Source of the DNA: a virus
Taxonomy: Duplodnaviria > Caudoviricetes
DNA length: 64,000 nucleotides
IMG/VR virus record: IMGVR_UViG_3300021426_000067
Reading direction: 5' to 3' (one strand)
The translations under genes and the position numbers were made by a program. The notes under the pieces were generated by a model. The model worked only from the letters and a program-made list of their open reading frames with translations, did not search any database and was not told where the DNA came from. Within the stretch, counting starts at the first letter, position 1, and each line of letters begins with the position of its first letter. Shown in pieces: positions 46,395 to 59,336 of the stretch.

Positions 46395-47564
46395 ATGGGA
46401 ACTGTAAAATTACATATTATAGGAATGGATATTCCAGCGGATAAAGGCACTAAAAGTGGTGATTATGCAGTTTTCTATGATGAACACGGTAACGCATTGG
46501 TATTAGATGCAGGTCAAAGACCTGCATCTGCCAAATTGCGTGAATGGATAAAGAAACAAAATTTTAAAAGAATATGGGCAGTAGGTACACATGCACACAC
46601 AGACCACGTAAACGGAATCATTGATGGGATTTATGACCCTGATATTAAAATAGATAAAGTTTGGTGTGTAGATTATGAATATTTAAAAGTCTATATGTCT
46701 GATAAATATAAATCTAAACCTTGGTACACACAATTATGCAATATGTATAATAGATGTGGGAAAGGTTTATATGATTTATGTAAAAAAAATAATATACCTG
46801 TAGGTATGTTAAAGACAGGTACACATATTAGAATGGGAGATATTCATTGTAAAGTATTATGGCAAAAATCAAGTTATGGAAGCCCTAACGATGATAATAC
46901 AGCAGGTAGTTATATTAACAATAGTTCTCCTGTTTTCTTATTTGATTTTGGATATTTTACAGCAGGTGATAATCATTTAACACATTCTGAAATTAGAAAA
47001 TTATTACCTCAAGTTATTATTGCCCAAATACCGCATCATGGAAATTATGTAGATACAGAAGCCTTTAATAAATTAAATCCTAAAGCCGCATGGTATAATT
47101 ATGGTGAAGTAAAAGGTGCTATTGGAAAAGATAAAGGATTTACTTCATGGACTATTCCTAAATTAACTAAAAAGGGAATAGATATTTGGAATAACTATGC
47201 TCATGGTGATTTAGATATGATATTTACTGATAAAGAAGTAACTATCAAAAGTAAGAAAAAAGGTAGTAAAACTTATTCTTTAGATAATTATAAAAACTGG
47301 CAAAGAACTGATACTGAATTGGCGGTTGAGGTTATGCTTGGTAAATGGGGGAGCGGCGATGCAAGAAAAAATGCTCTTGGAACGAGATATAGTAATGTGC
47401 AAAATATAATTAATAATTTTGTAAAAGATGAGAATATGATGTTAAATGCGATGGCTGATTATGTTATCCGTGGTCTTGCAGGTAATGATGAAACTCGTAA
47501 AAATAACTTAAAAGGTTATTATACAAAAGTTCAAGATATTATTAATGAAAGGTATAAAAAATAA
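46395..47564 (+). CDS. Second MBL-fold hydrolase (ComEC/Pce-like) with CW_7 repeats
   Basis: THAHTDH, NNSS, TAGD, PHHG; AVEVMLGKWGSGDARKNALG..Y..VQ..IN repeats. Confidence 0.82.
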   Translation: MGTVKLHIIGMDIPADKGTKSGDYAVFYDEHGNALVLDAGQRPASAKLREWIKKQNFKRIWAVGTHAHTDHVNGIIDGIYDPDIKIDKVWCVDYEYLKVYMSDKYKSKPWYTQLCNMYNRCGKGLYDLCKKNNIPVGMLKTGTHIRMGDIHCKVLWQKSSYGSPNDDNTAGSYINNSSPVFLFDFGYFTAGDNHLTHSEIRKLLPQVIIAQIPHHGNYVDTEAFNKLNPKAAWYNYGEVKGAIGKDKGFTSWTIPKLTKKGIDIWNNYAHGDLDMIFTDKEVTIKSKKKGSKTYSLDNYKNWQRTDTELAVEVMLGKWGSGDARKNALGTRYSNVQNIINNFVKDENMMLNAMADYVIRGLAGNDETRKNNLKGYYTKVQDIINERYKK

Positions 47565-49138
47565 TGGCAAATAAAATAGTTTTTGACTTTTCAGAACATA
47601 ATACTTTTTCAAAATCCGATTGGGATAAAATGAAAACTATGTATGATGAAGGAAAACTTCATGGAATTATTCTTAGGATTGGACTAAGAGGTTCTCTTAA
47701 GGATAATCCAGAATACTATGGAAAGATTCGTTATGATTTTAAATTTAAAGATTTCTTAGCGGAGATTAAAAAGAGAAATATTCCATATAGTGTTTATTTT
47801 TTCCCTACTTCTATTACATAGACAGAAGCGCATGAATAGGGAAAATGGTTGGTTTAGGCTTTAAAAGATAATAAAGTAGAGCCTTCTATTCCAATTTGTC
47901 AAGATTCTGAAGTTGTAGATAGTAAAAATAAAAAAGGAAGGGCGGATAAACTTCCAAAAGCAGATAGAACTAAATTTATTAATATTATAAACCAGCATTT
48001 AAAAGATGCGGGGTACAAATATGGAGTTTATGCTTCTACTTCTTGGTTTTATGATTGTTTAAATGATAAAGACTTATTATAGGGAACCTATAGATGGGTG
48101 GCGCAATATGCTTCTAAATGTACTTATAAAGGCATTGTTAATATGTGGCAATATACCAGCGGTTATTCTTTAAATGGTAAGCATGTTGATGCAAGTTATT
48201 GCTATTCTGAAATTAAAACTGCGGAGGCGCTGCCAATAGAAGAAAAGAAAGAAGAGCCTATGAAAACTAAAAAGAAAATAACTGAAGCGGATTGCATTGA
48301 TAAAATGATTGAAATTGCACTTGCGGAAGTTGGCTATTTATAGAAGAAATCTAATTCAAATTTATATAGTAAGACTGGAAATGCGGGGTCTAATAATTAT
48401 ACTAAATATGGTTATTAGCTTCATAAAATTCAATCAAGTAATATGGACTTCCCTGCCGCTTGGTGTGATGCTTTTGTAGATTGGGTAGTGTTAGAAACAT
48501 GTAAGGCTTTTGGTAGAGGAATCGCGGAAGCCAGAAAAGTAATATGCGGTGATTTTGATGATTATACTGTTTATTCCGCAAACTATTATAAGAAAAAAAA
48601 TAGATGGTTTACTAAACAACCTAAAAAGGGTGACCAAATATTCTTTAAAAACTCAAGTGGTATTTGTCATACAGGTATTGTATATAAAGTAGATAGTTCA
48701 ACAGTTTATACTGTTGAAGGCAATACTTCAAATGCGTCAGGCGTAGTTGCAAATGGCGGAGGCGTCGCTAAAAAATCTTATAATCTGGGTTATAGCAAGA
48801 TCGCAGGCTACGGTAGACCAGATTGGAGCGAGATAGTTGGAACCGAAGTCAAGGTATCTGACAGTCTAAAACCTGCGACTTCCGCATCTTCTTTTACTGT
48901 CACTGGCAAAGTTTATCCTAATAAAACTCCTAAATTTAAAGGAGTGGTAACCGCATCTTCACTTAATGTGAGAGCATGGGCGGGAGTTGATGAAAAGAAA
49001 GTTTCATTCAGTCCGTTATTAAAAGGTAAAGAAATTCAAGTTTGTGATTCTATTTTAGATACTCAAGGAAATACTTGGTATTATATTAATTACGATGGCA
49101 AATTTGGTTTCGTCAGTTCTGAATATATAAAAATATAA
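47564..49138 (+). CDS. Endolysin GH25 muramidase + CHAP + SH3b, 524 aa; TAG read-through
   Basis: Three track ORFs in frame; D.SEHN, D.E, WVAQY, WQYTS (GH25); AWCDAFV, HTGIV, TVEGNT, GYGRP (CHAP); LNVR..WY..GFVS (SH3); 6 TAG. Confidence 0.88.
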
Positions 49139-49188
49139 TAAAAAAAATGGGTAGATACTATAAAAAGTATCTACCCTTTATTTTTTTG
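49139..49188. terminator. Bidirectional terminator between the convergent late operons
   Basis: A run-GGGTAGATACT-ataaaa-AGTATCTACCC-T run. Confidence 0.8.
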
Positions 49189-49189
49189 C

Positions 49190-49552
49190 TTATTTGTATT
49201 GATAATCAATATATACATTACTATCTGTTGGTTCAAGAAATTTTATTGAAACAATATGCACATCTTCTAATTCTAACATTCTTGTTTTTCCAATTTGAAA
49301 TATTATAGGATTATCATTAGCATTTTCTTTTATTGCTACATGAGCATATTTATCTGGATCTGAGGGAGGCCAATAAACTCCATTTAAATCAAAATTAAAG
49401 TTCCCAGGATAATGAATTCCTATTTTAGTAATATAGTTTATAGGATTCTTACACTGAGCTTGAATACGTGAAACAACATCTTCTGTAGTTTCAAAAGCAC
49501 CTCCCTAAAAAGGCCCTTGAATCTGACCAAAGAATCCATTAGTTGCCGCCAT
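49190..49552 (-). CDS. Small putative virion protein (paralog of 19937-20218); TAG read-through
   Basis: GAGGAGG RBS; GQIQGPF*GG, KIGIH, IGKTRMLEL, IDYQY. Confidence 0.75.
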
Positions 49553-49570
49553 ATATTACCTCCTCAAACA

Positions 49571-52500
49571 TTATTTAGGTTGAATATTAAAACTTAAAGA
49601 ACCAAATTCAATAGAAACTTCTGCATTTCCTGTTGGACTATTAGGATATGCAGATTTAGTAAATTTTTTCTTTCCACCTGATGTAGTCCATGAGCCATGA
49701 TAAATTTGAAGACTATATCCAAAAGGAGTCATCCATCCATTCACTTGTTTGTCGGCAGTAGCTGTATCTTGTACGGGATCAGCTTGCCCCCAAGAGTTAT
49801 CGCTTCCTGCCAAATATTTACCATTTTGACGAACTTTATAATTAACTCCTCTTACAGTTATTGAAAATTTACTTGTATCTATTGGATTTTGAAAATGAAT
49901 AGTACAATATACCATATTTTTATCATCATTTAAAAATCCATTTACTACAAAATTCCCTTCTAACTTAGGATTAGCTTGTGTTAAAAATGGATGTATATTA
50001 TTATTGATAATATTTGCCCAATCTGAATTGTCTGATTCAAGAATTTTTGACCAACGAGAATTATTTGATTCAAGAATATTAATCCAACGAGAATCATTTG
50101 GAAATTGAACCATATAATTCCAATTTGACCATTCTGAATTATAATAATATCGAGTTGCAATTTTACCATTTCTACTAATAGCAATTTGAACGCAATTGTT
50201 AGCACTTGTTGTAGAACCCGCGTCAAAAATTGAACAAACAATTAATTTAAAATAAATATTAAATGGAGCATTTGCTATTGTTTGTGTTACAGTTTGTCCA
50301 TTATTTGTCCATGACATAGTTCCACCAGTGGCATAATAAGTGCCTGGAATTTTATAGTTATCTAAAGATACTAATATATTGTTTACGGCTTTATCAAAAT
50401 CATAAGTAATTTTCTAACCAGGAGAAGCTAATACTAATCCTTTTTTAGTAATACCTTCTCCCATAACGCGAATATTAATACCGTCAGAAATAATATAAGC
50501 ATCATCTCTATCAATATTTTCTCCAATAATAATTGCATCTGTTGCATTTATTAAATGTTGCATTGTTTCACTTGAACTATACTCATTAAGATTTGTATCA
50601 TTTCGACCTATCACAAAAGCAACTTTTGGATTAATTTTTTCTAAATAATTAGGGTCTGTATGATTTGTATAAGTGTGGTGTTCAAGTTTATAAATGTCTG
50701 GAGTTTTAGTAATTGAATTTGCGATTTGCGCCTGTGCGGCAGGTTCAATATCTCCTGGAGATAAAAAAGTAATATCTCCATGTTTAAATTCAGTTACTAA
50801 AGAAAAGTTATTATATCTTGTTCCCTGATTTATTTTTTCATTATAAGAAGTTACATTATAGTAGTGACTAAATTTTGAACTACAATTTAAAAATCTTACT
50901 GAAAAATGAGGATTATTAATAGCATCAAATACAAAAGTTTGTTCTTCAACAGGATAAGTAATTAAATCTTCATTTTTAAAATACATATTAAGATTGCCTG
51001 AAGTTGACTGTTTAATAGCATTAATCCAACTAATAAGATTATCATGTTGCTCTTTTATTCTACTATATTTATCCATCTCTTCTTCAGTTCCATCAATAAA
51101 TTGATTTTGAGTTGGTAAGGTTGGTAAAAAGAATTTACAATTATTTTTGAAGAGATGCTATACATTTTCTGGGTTTAACAAGGTCTAAAATCCGCCTACA
51201 TGATCTATATGATAATGACTAACAATAACATGAGAAATAGGTGTAATTTGATTATTATCAATAGCTTGTTGAATTTTTGGTATTACATTTTCGATAAAAC
51301 CTTTATTTGAAGCATCTACTAAAATAGTTGTTTGACCACAAGATACAATAAAACAATCTCCTTTAGTTTTAAAATTAGAATAATCAGGGTCTAATTGATT
51401 TGTTCCTTTAAAAGGTAAATAAATTTTCATCTAAGGAAGATTAAGTGTATCAATACTATTTTCAATTTGATTTAATCTTTCTTGCCAATCTATCTGTGCA
51501 GTTGCAGGGCGTTCATTTAAAGAAAAATTTAAAAGAATTGGGTCTACTACCTACACTAAAACAGGAATAGGTTTAGTAAAAGATTCCTCATAAACGCTAA
51601 AGTTATGTGTTGATAAATCCTAAGTATCATCTAAAATATTAAATGTTATTCCAAATAATCCTGTTTCTACTGTTTTTGAAATACGTTCTTCATTTAAATT
51701 TAACCCATTTTCAGGAGTAACTTCTGCTTCATTTCTATAAACTTTAATTTTTCCTCTCATTATATTAGCATCTATTACTAATTTAGAAATTAATTGAGTA
51801 GGAGATGCGGTAAAAGTTAACATTCCATTTGATATAATTCCAGAAGCATGATATCCATTATTAATAGTTGCTGAATCTTCATTTAAATTAAAAAGTTCAG
51901 TTCCAAAAGTACCTATCCAACGCCATTGATCTCTTTCATTAAAAGTAATATTGTCAGTACTTGCGGGTGGATCAAAATGCATTAAGAAATTTCCAGATCC
52001 GTCTACCGCCACTCCATCAATAGAAGTTAAAGGATTAGGAGTTATAATTTGAGGTTTCTCATCTCCTTCCCATTGTACTTCTATTTTTTTATCTGCATTT
52101 AAATTTATAGAAATTGGTCTTTTAAAGAAATTTTCAAAAATATCAATAACAGGATTATTGTTATTATTACTATCTTTTAAATTGTAAGTAATAACTAAAT
52201 TAGTTCCTTGTTTTTCTATATCTTTAATCCATTTTATAGGATTGTTTTCATTTAAAATTTGAGGATTTTCATTGTCATTCCATTTAAGGGAAAATAATCC
52301 TGTATCATTATTTAAAGTTGCAGAATCAATCCAACGTAGCTGAAGTCCGTTTTGACTGGTAATTTTTCTACCTGTGCTAAGTGTAGTTGTTATATTACCC
52401 TCTTGATCTATATCAACAGTTTCTATCCAACCGAATAAGTTAGATTCTTGAGGTAAAGCATTTGTAAAATTTACTTTTATTTTATTAGTTTGTGAATCAA

Positions 52501-53635
52501 CTTCAATATTTCGAATAGAATTTAAATAAAATTTTTCAGTTTCATTTACAATCTGACTTCCGCTATCAGTATCTTGTTCAATTAAAGTATTATATTTAAC
52601 TGTAACTTCACCAGTCTATTTGTTAAAAGATATATCATCTATCCATCTTATAGGGGTTGAATTAATTTGTTCTATATTATTATCATTCCATTGAGTTTGT
52701 AAAAGACCCTCATTAGAAAGAGTCATATCTTTAACCCATTTTATTTTTGTATCAGGGTTTATTACAATCGGACCATCATGAAGATAAGTAATTCTTATAG
52801 AACCATCTTCCTAAAGACTAATATTTTCAATCATATTATAATCGCCAAGATATATTTTTTTAGATTCTCCTTCTTCTGAATTATCATAATTATGATATTC
52901 ATAAATTAAAATTTGTCGATGATTTTCACGATCTTCACGTTGTTTATTGTCTCCATAAGGTTCTACCCCATCATTTTCATCTGCTGTAATAACTTGTAAA
53001 TTTTTAAAACTATCTCCTTTAATACCATTTGGTATATCTAATTGCCATTTTTCATAAAAAGGATGTGAACCATCGTCAATTCGATTAGCTGCAATATCAA
53101 CGTAAGGATCTACTTTCTTAAGTGTAAAATCTATTACAGGATATGGAAAGGTAAATCCAATATAAGCTATTGTATTAGTTTTTGTTTCAGCATCTCTTAA
53201 GGAGCAGCAGTGCCAAGAAATTTCATCATGAAAATCATTTCCCTATTTACCTGGAACTAAACTATGATTAGTTAAAGTATAAGAACCATTACTAAATCTT
53301 GTATCGAATCCCTGATTATCTTTATATTGTTGATATTTTTGTTCAACATCCGCCTCAGTTGTCATCTAAACTTCAGGAGAACCTCCAGCAGGACCAACAA
53401 TTGTTCCTATATATTCCGCGCCACCCTGACTGTTTGTATATTCATAACCGCGACGATAAATTTTACCATTATCTTCGCTATTTTTATCTTGTGTATTAAT
53501 TATAACATATTCATCATAATGCACATCAGTATAGTTTGGTCCTTTTTTAAAATCATCGACCATATCCTGCACAGTTGGAAAATTCTTAATTATGATGAAT
53601 GAGTTACCTGGTCTTCCGCCATAAAAAGAATACAT
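49571..53635 (-). CDS. Large virion protein (1354 aa) with tandem beta repeats, an internal MBL-fold hydrolase and a C-terminal fibre module; TAG read-through
   Basis: Track ORFs 53366, 51620, 51185, 50414 and 49571 are all in frame; SHYHIDH, NNFS, PGD, EHH; LDNYKIPGTYY..WSNW. Confidence 0.78.
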
Positions 53636-53637
53636 AT

Positions 53638-54327
53638 TTAATCCTCCTCTTGAGTATATTCAAAATCTAAAATAAAATAATCAATTAAACTTCTGGGCAC
53701 AAACCCAATATAAGTAATTTTAATTTTATTATTATTAAGTTCATAAATTCCATTTTTACCTAATCGAATTTGTTCTCTATTAATACAAGTTAATAAAGAG
53801 GGTGGACCTTGGATACCTATTTTAGTTAAATATCTTACATTTGAATTATTGGCGGTTAAACGTCCCATTATATTAATTAATTGAGCAAATTCTTTAATTT
53901 CGATTTGAATTTGTCTTGAAGTTTTTCTATAGTCATCCGTAGTTCTTTGTAATTCCCAAACAATTTGATTATAACTATTATTTGGGGCGATTATAATTTC
54001 TAAAGGTACGGTTTCTTCATCCCCTGCACCTATTTCAAATATTTCAATTAATTGTTCATTGTCTTCTGTTGCTTGTGTATCTCGTAATTTTAAACGAATA
54101 ATTTGAATATTATCTACATTTTTCTTAATATTAAAACGAATATAATAACAATTAGTATTATTCATCGTTAAATTACCTTTTAGATTTAAACAAGGATTTG
54201 TGAAAACAACATCATTAACGGCAACAGTAGTTGTAGATTGCGTTCCTATTTCATAATTTGTATTTTCTTCAAAAGGAATAAAATATTGTTCCTATGTAGA
54301 ACGTCTATATTGCCCAATTTTATACAT
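53638..54327 (-). CDS. Structural-module hypothetical protein; TAG read-through
   Basis: ATG at 54327 in frame with the track ORF; C-terminal KIGIQGP...IRLGKNGIYEL...LDFEY resembles the small paralogs. Confidence 0.72.
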
Positions 54328-54347
54328 AATCTCCTTTTTCCTCCTTA

Positions 54348-56402
54348 TTAAATTCTTTCTAATGCTTTCACGCAAGATAAACTCATTGTACCATCAGTGC
54401 CTAATGGTAATGAAATTGAGTTAATCATATAGTCTCCATATATACCTACTTCTAAATTTCTAACAGTAATTCTTACATTCGGTTCTAAATAATAAATTGG
54501 TATCACTGTTAAAGAAATTTGTTCATTATAGCTGGTGTATTGGTAAAGTTCTTTTCTCATTTCTTCATAAGCAGATCTTAAAACTCCTCCATTAGCTAAC
54601 ATAGAATAGGTATCAGGGTCCATTTGAACAAATTCTTGTTTCATATGGATACACTGCTATCTTAACTATGCGACATCTTCATCATCAGTATTTATGATAA
54701 CAATATCTGGATTATCTGGTTCAAATATGCAATTAATTGAGTCATCTACTAAAGTAGTCGTTCTACGACCTATATTATTTACGCTAAATTCTGAAATTGA
54801 ACTTGGAGTATCTATAAAATCTAAAAAGAAATCTATATCGCTCGGTTCGGTAATAACATCACCATAAAATTCTTTTTTAGATATATCATATAATTTAGGC
54901 CACTCATTCTTAAGTTCAGTAAAATAATAATTACTTGTTAATCCTAAGGGTTCACTCGCCACTCCTGATAAATATAACTAAGTTCTATAATCAGTTGATT
55001 CTACTGAAGTTAATTCATAATTAGTCTCTTCGTATTCATTTTTAACTGGATTCCATTTATAAATAGTTTTAGTTTCGTCTGCATAATAATATTGATCAAA
55101 TAATCCCGGCACTGGAAAGTCATCTTTTGTTAAAAATTTAATAGGCGCTTTAGCTGCGGGTTTCATAATTCCATTTTCTGGATCAGTATAAAAAAATATA
55201 TCAGTATAAACATTTCCAGTTTGAGGTTTTTCATCAATAGCTAAATGATATCTAATAGGAATTTCTTGTCCATCTATTGAAATCCTTTTTCCCCATATCA
55301 TAAAATCATTTTTTATTTGCTGATACTGTGGAGCATTGGTGTAAGACTGAATTATATCAGCGCCCTAAAAAGTATATACTGACTTGCCGCCCGCATAATC
55401 AACTAAATAATTGTCGGCATTTATCTAATTAATTTTAAAAGTTGAATATGAAGTATTTAAATAATTCTTTATCTATTGGAATCTAAAATTTCCTTCTATA
55501 TCATAGAAATATTCATAATTTCCTAAAGTATCTTTAATTTGATCTAAAATGGTAACTACTGTATCTCCCGCGTTTCCTATTAATTCTCCAGGATAAGTAA
55601 AATCAGTAAGTATATATCCCACATCTTGCCCATAATTAAAACTTGTAAGATTTTTTTCTATTTCTTCTTGAGTTTTATTTTTAGTAAGTTCATTATAATT
55701 AGTTGAATAACGATAATAAATATTATTATTTTCATTATCAAATTCTTGATATAAATAGATAGGAATAGAACCAGTCCATTTCATTACTTTTTTAATGCGG
55801 TTATCTATATCACTAATAATAATTTTCCCAAGTTGCTAACCGCCAAAATGATTTACTAATTCTTGAATAATTTGATAAATAGTTGGTTCAATAATAATTC
55901 TATCACCATTTACATCTACATCCTACATTTCATGGAATACTACTGATGCGGGGAGGACTCCTCCGCACTATCCATTTAATAAAGCCATTTTATCATGTAA
56001 AGTTAATGAAATATTAATTCCACTTGAATTATAAGTTATATTAGGAGTTACGATAACATATACACCTTGGGGAAACCATAAAATAGGAAATTCTTTATAT
56101 TCATCTGTTGTATTAGTAAAACCTACTAATAATTCAACTTTTTTATTTATACTTAATAAATGTTTTGTGTCAGTTAGATCATTCTAATAAGGGTCTGCTA
56201 CTAAACTAATGTTACCTGTTCTCCGCATACTGGAAGAACCATCTAATGAAAGATTGCCGCCCGTAGCTTTTCCTTGTATCTATTGAATAGGTTGCTAATC
56301 AAAAGTTAGAACGATTAATTTAATAAATTGCTATTTTAATTTAATTTTATCAAAGTTTTTAAGAAAGACGGAATCTTTTAAATATGGAAAATTATGTTTC
56401 AT
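54348..56402 (-). CDS. Baseplate hub / distal tail-type protein, 684 aa; TAG read-through
   Basis: Four track ORFs in frame; LDGSSSMRRT, WFPQG, LGNYEYFYD, IPIYYLEPN, ISLPL. Confidence 0.75.
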
Positions 56403-56403
56403 A

Positions 56404-59277
56404 TTAATAGACCCCCTTTACAACTTGACAAGTATAATTAACAATAGCATTAATTGGATGTAACATTTCTCCAGTTCCATGTTCTCCAACAAAGAAAGGA
56501 TACCAAGCATTATGATAATAAATATATTTATTTGAATTTAAAAATTTTTCTTCAATAATTAAAATAAATTTATCATCAGTCTATTCAACATGTTCTTCAT
56601 CCATTAATAAAATAGGATTAAATCCAGCTCCTATGTCATTTTCATCAATTTCTAAAACTGTTTTAGTAATTTGATAGACTCCATTAGGCATTGGATTTTC
56701 TACTTCATAAAAATTACTATATTCGCCTGCCATAATGGTATATTCTCCTTCTTGAGTTGCGGTAGTATCAGAAGTATCTTGCTTTTGTCTTAAAAGTATT
56801 CCTGAAAAATATAAATCTGTGATTGCCGCATCTTCGTCTCTTAATTGAAGGTATCCATTCTATAAAACATGTCTATCAAAATCATCATCTTTAGAGTCTT
56901 TTATATAGACTATTGTACCAGGCGGCGCTTCAATATCAATCCCATCAACATCAACTAAGTATTGATAAGAAGCATTATATATTTCTCTATATTTATTATA
57001 GATTTTTTTCATTAAAGAATCTTGAGGATTAAAAGTTCCATATAATTGTCCTGGTTTATAATAATTATAAGTAGTTTTAGCTACTTTTGAAACGTCCTCT
57101 TTTTCTTCTAATTTTACTACATAATCAATAGTAGCAGTTACAGGGTATTTAAATTTCAAACTGGTAATATAAGTATTATCTTCTTTTAATTCAAAATATC
57201 CTAAATTTATAATCTAATATGCTGTTTCATCTATATTAGATCTTTTTCTTTCCATTTTAGGGGTAATAAGCATTTCAACCCCATTAATTTCTACTACATA
57301 TCCCATTAAACGTCTTAGTGTAGTAGGGGTTGATGCAGTTATTTGAACTAATTGATTTCCCTGCTCAACAACAACATATGGAGCTGATTCAAAAGTTAAT
57401 TTTAATGAAGTTAATCCTTTTACTTCATTTAAATAACCTTCATTAGCAGAACTACTATATTTATTTGTTAAAATAGTATTTAAAATGTTTCCATCTTCAG
57501 GTTTAAAATTTTTTTGAACTTGACCTAATAATTCATGAGTATATGTAACCTATGCCTAATATTTTCCTACTGTTTGAATACCATATTTTTCACAGTTGCG
57601 GACAGTTACTTCATCTATTTCTACAGCGGTTGCAGTAAAAGAATATAATTTTCTACCTAAAGATTCAACAGGTTGAAAATCAATATTCATCAGTTTAATT
57701 AAAATATTACCTTCTGCCGCAGACCTAAATAATTTTATATTATGTTTATATAAAAATTCATAAACCTTGTCTCTAAACTATTTTTCATAAATAAAATCAT
57801 AGTAATCTGAGATTCCATTCTATTGATTATATGTATCATATAAAGATTTACTTTCTTTATAAATTTCTCTTTTAGAAGTAAATAATTTTAATTCATTTTC
57901 TGAGTTATGAAATTGTCCATCATAAAAATGAGGATCATACCAGTTTGTGGTATCTGATAGAAAAGAAATTAATCCACCAATAGGAAAAGTTCTAAAGTAA
58001 TTGTTTCCATTTCTATTGATATATGGATATTTAGCACCAATAGTAACTTGTTGAGATTCTGTAACATTATATTTAAATTCATTTAAAGAAGGATTAAATT
58101 TAATACATAATTGTTCATTTTCTCTTGTTAAGAAAATATCTTCAAATTCACATATTGCAAAATTTGAAAATATAGTTTGTCCGCGGGCGCCATATGTATT
58201 TCGTCTATGAGCGCAGTAGCGATACCAGACTCCACTTTCGATTGTAAAATCTTGCCACTATAAATCTAATGTTTCTTCATTTATATATACTATTGTTTTA
58301 ACATCTTCCCATTTCTTAAAGTCACTTTTAGAAGAAGTTCTTCTAATAGTTAAGTTTCCCATAAACCCTTGACCTTCTGTTTTGGACTTTATATTAATTA
58401 CCATTGTTCCATTTTCTTTATTTGGAGAAGCGGTAATATCTGCATTTAATGGGTCAGCGCCTTCATCTATTATTATAAATTGATATTTTTTAGTTTCTGT
58501 GTATAGATTATTTGTGGTGTATTTAAATTTCATTATATAATGTACACCTTCTACGAAATCATATAATACCTAATAATTAATTTCGTTTGGATTATGCGGA
58601 TTCGTATAAATCTAATCACTTTCCCAAAGGGGTGTTTCAGGATCCTAATTATTATACAGTTTTATTTGATAACTTTTTAAACATTCTTTATCATTAGGAT
58701 CTGCAAAAACGACTGAACCAATAATATCAGTTAAAGATGTTGACAAGGTAGTTTCTTGGAAATCAGCATTTAAATCTCTATTATCATCAAGACCTTTTAA
58801 AACAAGGGTTGGACTTGATATTGCTTTTACTAAACAAACTTTAGACCATTCTGAAAAGTTATCTTGATTTTCTTTTAACCAAACCGCATCACCTTTTTCT
58901 GAATTATAGCTCTCTTTACAAAATCTTAATTGAGCTTTATAAAATTGATTTAATCCAAAAAAAGTCTAATTTGATCCATCATTTTTTAAATCTGATAAAT
59001 TTATTGAAACAAAATATTTATAATCATTAGTTGAATCATTAATAGTTGCTTCTTCCCAAGAAACATTCACAATTTTTGTCCCAGTTGGCCAGCTTTCAAG
59101 ATTTAATACTGAAGCGTTTGTCTTTAAATCAATTAAAGATATTTGAACAGATTTTATATCACTACTTTTATTAAAAGAAGATAATCCAAAATAAATATCA
59201 CAACTTCCAGTATTTTTAAAGGCAGGCTGTGTATCATATACTATGGGAGGATAAAGATTATTAAATATATTACTCAT
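56404..59277 (-). CDS. Large structural (baseplate-region) protein, 957 aa; TAG read-through
   Basis: Three track ORFs in frame; NLYPP, FSEWS, KLFRSAAEGN, LGRKLYSF. Confidence 0.72.
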
Positions 59278-59336
59278 TATAACAGCCTCCTTTTTTTCTA
59301 TTTTTCATATATGTATCTCCTTTTTTCTCCTTAGCC

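Noticed and set aside
50010-50095. Short 33-bp repeat (NSRW..ILES) near the fibre tip
   Set aside because: Two to three degenerate coding repeats, an ordinary fibre linker.
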